Assembly (NCBI RefSeq): GCF_006345805.1
Contig: NW_021829735.1
Location: forward strand, 1 to 5,988
From: Octopus sinensis
Taxonomy: Eukaryota
Reading direction: 5' to 3'
Length of the DNA: 5,988 nucleotides
The notes under the pieces are model-generated. The model searched no databases, was not told where the DNA came from, and was given only the letters and a program-made list of their open reading frames with translations. The stretch's first letter is position 1, and each line of letters starts with the position of its first letter. Made by a program: the position numbers and the translations under genes. This document shows, piece after piece, positions 1 through 5,988 of the stretch.

Positions 1-20
1 CATACATACATAGGTGCACT

Positions 21-393
21 GGCGCAGGAATAGCTGTGTGGTAAGTAGCTTGCTTACCAACCATATGATTCCGGGTTCAGTCCCACTACGTGGCACCCTG
101 GGCAAGTGTCTTCTTCTATAGCCTCGGGCTGACCAATATCTTGTGAGTAGATTTGGTCGACGGAAACTGAAAAGAAGCCCGTCGTATTATATATATATAT
201 ATATATATATATGCTTGTGTGTCTGTGTTTGTCCCCCCACCAACATCGCTTGATGACCGATGCTGGTGTGTTTACGTCCCCGTAAGAGACAGATAGAATA
301 AGTCCTGGGGTCGATATGCTCGACTAAAGGCGGTGCTGCAGCATGGCCACAGTCAAATGACTGGAAAAAGTAAAAGAGTAAAGAGTAAAAGAG
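21..393 (+). mobile_element. tRNA-derived SINE, family 1, copy 1 (octopus-type; CORE-like motif after the tRNA head), with internal (TA)n and (AGAGTAA)-type tail
   Basis: Pol III A box TAGCTGTGTGG at 31-41 and B box GGTTCAGTCCC at 74-84. These are followed by CCCTGGGCAAGTGTCTT, which resembles the CCTTGGGCAAGT start of CORE/MIR-type SINE domains. Internal (TA)n at 185-212 and short-repeat tail AAGTAAAAGAGTAAAGAGTAAAAGAG at 368-393. It is colinear with the reverse complement of 3086-3533, about 85-90% identical by eye over the first ~155 bp. Confidence 0.92.
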
Positions 394-500
394 ATATATC
401 TATATATATATACATACGTAGGATATACATACATATATATATATATATATATATTATATATTATATATATATAATATATATATATATATATAAAATATAT
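394..500. repeat. (TA)n microsatellite, interrupted, abutting the SINE copy 1 tail
   Basis: Direct reading of the sequence. Confidence 0.95.
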
Positions 501-610
501 TGCGCACTTCCATAACCCGCTGACAGACCTATGGAGAGCTGCTAGAACACACAGACACATAATTGCACATTTGTACGAACACACAGACACAAACAACAAG
601 CACCTGCGCT

Positions 611-646
611 TTTTCCCATTCCCCCTCTCACTCTCACTCCCTCTCC

Positions 647-678
<32 letters not shown>
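611..678. repeat. Polypyrimidine tract ending in perfect (TC)14
   Basis: 651-678 is (TC)14; 611-650 is almost entirely C/T. Confidence 0.95.
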
Positions 679-681
<3 letters not shown>

Positions 682-814
682 CGCATACACACATATGCAA
701 GCACATGCGCGTGCAGATGCACTTAGAATGACATACTGACATAGATATCGGTATAGCTAAACCCAACAGAGAGTGACACACTGACACACATAAATACATG
801 GGCATAAGTAAACA

Positions 815-850
815 TGTGTACGTGTTTGTTTGTGTGTGTGCGCGTGCGTG

Positions 851-895
<45 letters not shown>

Positions 896-918
896 TGTGT
901 GTGTGTATGTGTGTGTAT
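815..918. repeat. Compound (TG)n/(TA)n/(TG)n microsatellite
   Basis: Direct reading; it includes the alternating purine-pyrimidine run TGTGTGTGTGCGCGTGCGTGTATATA. Confidence 0.95.
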
Positions 919-953
919 TTAAAAACATACAAACATAAATGCTCATATATTCA

Positions 954-1700
954 CACATATATATATGTATGTGTGCATGTATGTATGTATGTATGTACGT
1001 ATGTATGTATGTATGTATGTATGTATGTATGTATGTGTGTATGTATGTATGTATGTATGTATGTATGTATGTATGTATGTATGTATGTATGTGTATGTAT
1101 GTGTGTATTTATGTATGTGATGTATGTATGTATGTATGATGTATGTATGTATGTATGTGTGTATGTCTGTATGTATGTATGATTATGTGTATGTATGTGT
1201 GTATTTATGTATGTGTGTATGTATGTATGTATTGTATGTATGTATTTATGTATGTATGATGGATGTATGTGTGTATTTATGTATGTATGAGTATGTATGT
1301 ATGTATGTATGTATATGTATGTATTTATGTATGTATGTATGTATGTGTGTATGTATGTAGTATGTATGTATGTATGTATGTATGTATGTATGTAGTGTGT
1401 ATGTATGTATGTATGTATGTATGTATGTATGTATGTGTATGTATGTGTGTATTTATGTATGCATGCATGTATGTATGTATGTATGTATGTATGTATGTGT
1501 GTATGTATGTATGTATGTATGTATGTATTTATGTATGTATGTATGTATGAATGTGTGTATGTATCTATGTATGTATGTATGTATGTATGTATGTATGTGT
1601 GTATGTATGTGTGTATGTATGTATGTATGTATGTATGTATGTATGTATGTATGTATGTATTTATGTATGTATGTATGTATGTATATATGTATGCATGTAT
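954..1700. repeat. Long interrupted (TATG)n tetranucleotide array (~750 bp)
   Basis: Direct reading; this is the source of the MYVC-repeat pseudo-ORFs. Confidence 0.97.
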
Positions 1701-1875
1701 CTCTGTATTAACACGCAGTAAACCGGAAGTCCCTTTAGCATTGAAACAGGCAAATGAAAACTAATTTCTTTATTTTAATTTTGTTTTTCAATTTGTTTTG
1801 TCATTATTTTAGTACACATTATTTTCCCCGGTTTGTTTTGATTCTATACAGACATGTACGTACACACGTACGCAC

Positions 1876-2240
1876 GTAAGTATGTATGTATGTATGCATG
1901 TATGTATGTATGTATGCCTATATGTATGTAGTATGTATGTATGTATGTATGTATGTATGCATGTATGTATATATGCATGTATGTATGTATGTGTGCATGT
2001 ATATATGTATGTGTGTATGTGCGTGTGTATGTATGTATGTGTGTATGTAGGTAGGTATGTTTGTATGTATGTATATATGAATTTATGATTGTATGTATAC
2101 ACTCACATGTGTATGTGTGTGTTTATCTATTTATGCATGTACGTATGTTTCTATCTATGTATGTATTTATGTATGTAAGTATTTATATATGTATGTTTGT
2201 ATGCAAGTATATATGAATTTATGCGTGTATGTATACACAC
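1876..2240. repeat. Degenerate (TATG)n array
   Basis: Direct reading; it becomes more degenerate toward 2240. Confidence 0.93.
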
Positions 2241-2260
2241 ACTCATATGCTCACATACAG

Positions 2261-2297
2261 ACATGGCTTGGGCCAATAATGGCCGAAACCTATCAAA
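2261..2297 (+). other. Candidate 37-nt exon containing an ATG (2263)
   Basis: A complex, GC-richer island among microsatellites, bounded by CAG (2258-2260) and a perfect GTAAGT (2298-2303). The polypyrimidine tract is poor. Confidence 0.2.
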
Positions 2298-2304
2298 GTA
2301 AGTA

Positions 2305-2417
2305 TCATATGTAATATATGTGTGCATATTTAAGAAATGCACACACACATATGTATGTATATATATATATAGGATGTATGTATGTCTATATGTAATATAT
2401 ATATATATATATATATA

Positions 2418-2463
<46 letters not shown>

Positions 2464-2479
2464 ATATATATATGTATAT

Positions 2480-2510
<31 letters not shown>

Positions 2511-2579
2511 GTATATATATGTGTGTATATGGATGTATGTATGTATTGTATGTATGTATATATATATATGTTATATATG

Positions 2580-2614
<35 letters not shown>

Positions 2615-2772
2615 ATATGTATATATATATGTATATGTATATATGTTAGAAGTATTGGGTTTTCTTTCATATGTATATATGTATATGCATATATATATGT
2701 ATACATATACATATATACATACATATATACATACATATATATATATATATATGTGTGTTTGTATATATATAT
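2305..2772. repeat. Compound (TA)n/(TATG)n/(TG)n/(TACA)n microsatellite
   Basis: Direct reading, with a short non-repeat island at ~2645-2670. Confidence 0.93.
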
Positions 2773-2980
2773 AGAGAGAGGGGGGATGAGAGAATGGCCC
2801 AAAAGTAGGTTTACAGTTATCACGTTGGCACTTTTAAATTCTTCTAAAAATATTTTATTACATTTAATTTCCTATCTTACAATTAACTAAATTAGCAAAG
2901 AATAATGGTTTCATATTTTTATTTATAATTAAGATCTAAACTGTTAATATATGAATGCGAAAGAGATAATTGAACAGCCT

Positions 2981-2999
2981 GTATACACACACACACACA

Positions 3000-3040
<41 letters not shown>

Positions 3041-3050
3041 ACACACTCAT

Positions 3051-3085
<35 letters not shown>
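2981..3085. repeat. (CA)n then (TA)n microsatellite abutting the SINE copy 2 tail
   Basis: Direct reading. Confidence 0.95.
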
Positions 3086-3310
3086 CTCTTTACTCTTTAC
3101 TCTTTTATTTGTTTCAGTCATTTGACTGCGGCCATGCTGGAGCACCGCCTTTTAATCGACAACTCGACCCCGGGACTTATTCTTTTGTAAGCCCAATACT
3201 TATTATATCGGTCTTTTGCCGAACCGCTAAGTAACGGGGACATAAACACACCAGCATCGGTTGTCAAGCAATGCTAGGGGACAAACACAGACACACAAAC
3301 ATACACACGC

Positions 3311-3343
<33 letters not shown>

Positions 3344-3533
3344 ATATATAATATATTATATATATAATATATATACATTATACGACGGGCTTCTTTCAGT
3401 TTCGTATACCAAATCCACTCACAAGGCTTTGGTCGGCCCGAGGCTATAGTAGAAGACACTTGCCAAGGTGCCACGCAGTGGGACTGAACCCGGAACCATG
3501 TGGTTGGTAGACAAGATACTTACCACACAGCCA
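3086..3533 (-). mobile_element. tRNA-derived SINE, family 1, copy 2 (inverted relative to copy 1; lacks the ~10 nt upstream of the A box)
   Basis: The reverse complement reads TGGCTGTGTGGTAAGTATCTTGTCTACCAACCACATGGTTCCGGGTTCAGTCCCACTGCGTGGCACCTTGGCAAGTGTCTTC, and aligns to 31 onward. Internal (TA)n at 3311-3382 sits at the same position as in copy 1. The tail reads AAAAGAGTAAAGAGTAAAGAG on - and ends at 3086. Confidence 0.92.
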
Positions 3534-3561
3534 GTATAAATACGTAATAATTGTTTATACA

Positions 3562-3566
3562 CTATA

Positions 3567-3602
<36 letters not shown>

Positions 3603-3706
3603 TGTATGTATGTATGTATGTATGTATGTATGTATATGTGTGAATATATATATATATTATATATTATATATATATATATATTAATATATCTAGTATCTAA
3701 TATATA

Positions 3707-3746
<40 letters not shown>

Positions 3747-3760
3747 GTGTGTGTATACAT
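3562..3760. repeat. (TATG)n then (TA)n microsatellite
   Basis: Direct reading. Confidence 0.95.
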
Positions 3761-3801
3761 AATTAAGGATAAAATCATTATAAAATCAACGTTCTTATCA
3801 G

Positions 3802-3830
3802 TGGCCAGCATACAATAAAAAAACAAATAG
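3802..3830 (+). other. Candidate 29-nt exon
   Basis: Weak acceptor TTCTTATCAG ending at 3801 and a good donor TAG|GTAAGA at 3831. This would define a 155-nt GT-AG intron at 3831-3985. Confidence 0.25.
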
Positions 3831-3985
3831 GTAAGAATTAATATAGATATAATTAGAGATATAATTATAATTGGAGTCTTATGTATTTTTAGAGTCGTTT
3901 GACATCCATTTCTAGCATGTTGCTACTGGTTCTCTTTACTCTTAACTATAATTATATCTATATAAATATCTTTCTGTTTCTTCAG

Positions 3986-3999
3986 ACACAATTCTCACG
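3986..3999 (+). other. Candidate 14-nt microexon (ACACAATTCTCACG)
   Basis: It is preceded by TCTTTCTGTTTCTTCAG, there is no other AG from 3916 to 3983, and a branch-point-like CTTAAC sits at 3941-3946. It is followed by GTAAGA at 4000-4005. Sequence signals only, with no transcript evidence. Confidence 0.4.
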
Positions 4000-4075
4000 G
4001 TAAGATTTTATTAAAAATTTCATTTTGTGTTCTCATGGCATGCTGTAAGGGACCTGGTTACGGATTAGAAACACA

Positions 4076-4540
4076 TAGGTGCTCTTTTGGCGTGTGATCT
4101 ACAAGAGAGATTCGTTTAGGTCACTTTTTAAATTACTTTGGACATACTTAACATTATAAATGTCTTTTTGCAAAAATTTTGTGATTTTAATAAGAAAACT
4201 ACATAATAATTAAGACAAGCCCGCAGATCACCCACCAAATTTTAATTTACTCACGCAGATCACACGGAAGATAGCACAAACACAAAATAAACTAAAATGT
4301 AACTAAAGTTATCTCCCTTTAAATTGTAGATCACACGCCAAAGTGGCACCTTCTTTTTCTAAAGAAATTATATGAATTCAGTGCTGGTTTCTTGTAAAAA
4401 TGCAACTGCCTTCGTCTCGTTGCTGATTGCACTGTAAACACCTCTTGCTAACATCTTACGAGATTTTAGAAATTGAAAAGTAAATTAAAAAGCAGCCTAA
4501 AGTAATCTCCCTTTTAGATCACACGCCAAAGGAGTACCCA
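4076..4540. mobile_element. Unclassified MITE/foldback-like element with 64-bp imperfect terminal inverted repeats and an internal third copy
   Basis: The reverse complement of 4076-4139 aligns ungapped to 4477-4540 at 53/64 positions by hand count. A third copy lies at ~4284-4351, direct with the right arm. The core TAGATCACACGCCAAA is exact at 4086-4101 (-), 4327-4342 (+) and 4515-4530 (+). No coding capacity. The repeats are certain; the mobile-element interpretation is inferred. Confidence 0.55.
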
Positions 4541-4863
4541 TCATATATATATATATATGTTATTAGTGTATGCTATGTGTTTTCTATAAATATGTTCGAG
4601 GTTTTAACAGATAGGTGCTTCTGGAAGGAAATAGGCAACCTTTTTTCTAATTACGTTTGTTTAATTATGGCTTAATTACACGTAGGTGTTCTCAGTATTA
4701 AAAATTAATCAGTATAAAAATTGATTTTTCGTTCGTTCGATGGCGATTATGATTGAGGGTGGTGATGGTGAGCGGAGTTGATCTTGTTATCCACGTATAC
4801 CCTAAATACGCTCGTGCTCACGCCTACATAGAAGCGGGTGGCGCGGAAACATATCTGTACCCC

Positions 4864-4931
4864 TGTTGTTGTTGTTATTGTCGTCAATATCGTTGTCATA
4901 GTTTTTCTGATTATTTTTGTTGTTGTAGCTG
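4864..4931. repeat. Cryptic (GTT)n tract, left part
   Basis: Degenerate GTT/GCT/ATT triplets, continuous in character with 5462-5631. Confidence 0.8.
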
Positions 4932-4935
4932 CTGT

Positions 4936-4988
4936 CTTCTTCTTCTTCCTTCTTCTTCTTCTTCTTCTTCTTCTTCTTCTTCTTCTTC
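4936..4988. repeat. (CTT)17 with one extra C; read as the (GAA)n tail of the family 2 SINE
   Basis: Four CTT units, an extra C at 4948, then 13 CTT units. Confidence 0.93.
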
Positions 4989-5461
4989 CAATCAGGACTC
5001 ACGCCATTAGCCACAACGAATAATCTCTAATTCGAGCCTACTCTAAACTAAGAATGTGGCAACTTGAAGATCCATCCACCACCCGCGATAGACTGGCGGT
5101 TGCACGGGCGCGAAAACTACGTTGTTATCCTCATTCCATAAACGGTGGCTTTTTAACGAGTAGAGAGCTGAACCATCCTGGGGTACAGAGGATTCGCAAT
5201 CTAGACTATGGTCTGAAAGTTTACCACACCATAGTGGGTTACACCATGGTTCCTCTGCTTTGTGGCAGAAGTAGGAAGAAAGAGTGAGAGAAAGTTGTGA
5301 TGAAAGAGTACAGCAGGGCTCACCACCCCACTCCGCCGGAGCTTCGTGGAGCTCAGGTGTTTTTGCTCAATAAACACTCACAATGCCCGGACTGGGAATC
5401 GAAACCGCGTTCTTACTACCGCGACTCCGCTGCCCTAACCACTGGGCCATTGCGCCTCCAC
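4937..5461 (-). mobile_element. tRNA-derived SINE, family 2 (tRNA-like head, pyrimidine-rich body, ~275 bp unrecognised 3' segment, (GAA)n tail)
   Basis: The - strand starts GTGGAGGCGCAATGGCCCAGTGGTTAGGGCAGCGG. A box TGGCCCAGTGG at 5439-5449, intact D-stem GCCC/GGGC at 5432-5447, B box GTTTCGATTCC at 5395-5405. The (GAA)n tail lies at 4936-4988. The flanks share TTGTAGCTG..CTGTC (4923-4936 and 5462-5481), a probable TSD. The head and body (5266-5461) are firm; including 4989-5265 is inferred from the tail and TSD. Confidence 0.8.
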
Positions 5462-5631
5462 TTGTAGCTGTTGTTGCTGTCATCGATGTTGTTTTAGCTT
5501 TTGGTGTTGTTCTTGTTTTGGTTGTCATAACCTTTATTGTTGTTTTTGTTGTTCTGGTTGCTGGTGTTGCTATCACTGTCGTTCGTTGTCATAGTTTTTT
5601 TCTGGTTGTTGTTATTGTTGTTGTTGTTGTT
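5462..5631. repeat. Cryptic (GTT)n tract, right part
   Basis: Degenerate GTT triplets; source of the poly-Val and poly-Thr pseudo-ORFs. Confidence 0.85.
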
Positions 5632-5707
5632 CATGTGTTTATCTTGAGCTGCCATCATCATATTGTTTGATGTTTAAAATCAAATAAATCAAAAGCAAAA
5701 CAATATC

Positions 5708-5762
5708 CCACTACCACTACCACCACCGCCGCCACCGCCACCGCCACCGCCACCACCACCAC
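5708..5762. repeat. (CCA/CCG)n and (CCACCG)n repeat
   Basis: CCACTACCACTACCACCACCGCCGCCACCGCCACCGCCACCGCCACCACCACCAC. Confidence 0.9.
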
Positions 5763-5988
5763 AAAGAACACCAACATCTCTTAACGCACCACCTCCCTAC
5801 TTCACTTACACGCCCCACCGCGCACGTCACCCCACACCCAAATCTTTGTAATTTAAGATATCCTCCCCCACCTCACCCCCTGACACATGCCCCCTCCCCC
5901 CGGTCCCATGCCACCCCCTTCTAATCAGCAACGATATCAGAGGAAACAACACCGAAATTTCGGAACAGTCTTTTATAGTTGAGATCAT

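Noticed and set aside
3-422. Possible TSD for SINE copy 1: TACATACATAGG (3-14) versus TACATACGTAGG (411-422)
   Set aside because: The sequence is low complexity and not directly adjacent to either element end.
545-591. 15-bp direct repeat GAACACACAGACACA (545-559, 577-591)
   Set aside because: It is CA-rich and low complexity, most simply a local slippage duplication.
611-918. H-DNA potential of (TC)14 and Z-DNA potential of the TG/CG run
   Set aside because: These are generic properties of such microsatellites, with nothing specific to this locus.
324-3818. All ORF-track ORFs in this span (MYVC-, YI-, HT- and CV-repeat peptides)
   Set aside because: They are translations of (TATG)n, (TA)n and (CA)n, or of SINE sequence. 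These repeats lack stop codons in several frames.
3814-3819. AATAAA polyadenylation signal
   Set aside because: The hexamer is common in AT-rich DNA and there is no supporting 3' UTR context.
4222-4540. CRISPR-like reading of the repeated AGATCACAC motif
   Set aside because: The spacing is irregular, one copy is inverted, the homology extends well beyond the core, and the context is eukaryotic with no cas genes.
5054-5287. 77-aa non-repetitive ORF (MWQLEDPST...), with an overlapping stop-free frame on the - strand
   Set aside because: There is no recognisable domain, it runs into the SINE body, and it lies inside the inferred element. A BLASTP hit would be needed to revive it.
5385-5461. 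tRNA gene
   Set aside because: The A and B boxes and the D-stem are present, but the acceptor, anticodon and T stems do not pair. It is a SINE head, and the same applies to 21-95 and 3470-3533.
4802-5670. Poly-Lys/Glu, poly-Leu/Ser, poly-Val and poly-Thr ORFs
   Set aside because: They are triplet-repeat artefacts of (CTT)n and (GTT)n.
5678-5851. Poly-Pro open stretch with a PPPY motif (PLPLPPPP...NAPPPYFTY...)
   Set aside because: It has no ATG, no credible splice acceptor and flanking stops, and it is explained by the (CCA/CCG)n repeat and C skew.
5952-5963. Perfect 12-bp palindrome CCGAAATTTCGG
   Set aside because: About one palindrome of this length is expected by chance in a few kb.

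Overview
This is eukaryotic, mostly non-coding, repeat-saturated DNA. The SINE sequences look like those of octopus/coleoid cephalopods, which is my recognition and not a database result. About half of the window is microsatellite: (TATG)n, (TA)n, (CA)n, (TC)n, (CTT)n, (GTT)n and (CCA/CCG)n. Nearly all ORFs in the track are artefacts of these repeats. Supported features are two inverted copies of one tRNA-derived SINE family (21-393 on +, 3086-3533 on -), each with an internal (TA)n. There is also a tRNA-headed SINE of a second family on - (4937-5461) with a (GAA)n tail and a probable target-site duplication. An unclassified element at 4076-4540 has 64-bp imperfect terminal inverted repeats plus a third internal copy sharing a perfect 16-bp core. 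More speculatively, three tiny + strand exon candidates (37, 29 and 14 nt) splice into one open frame. No confidently identifiable protein-coding gene, RNA gene or CRISPR array is present, and I cannot support a new biological system. The best leads are the inverted-repeat element, the microexon chain and the composite SINE.
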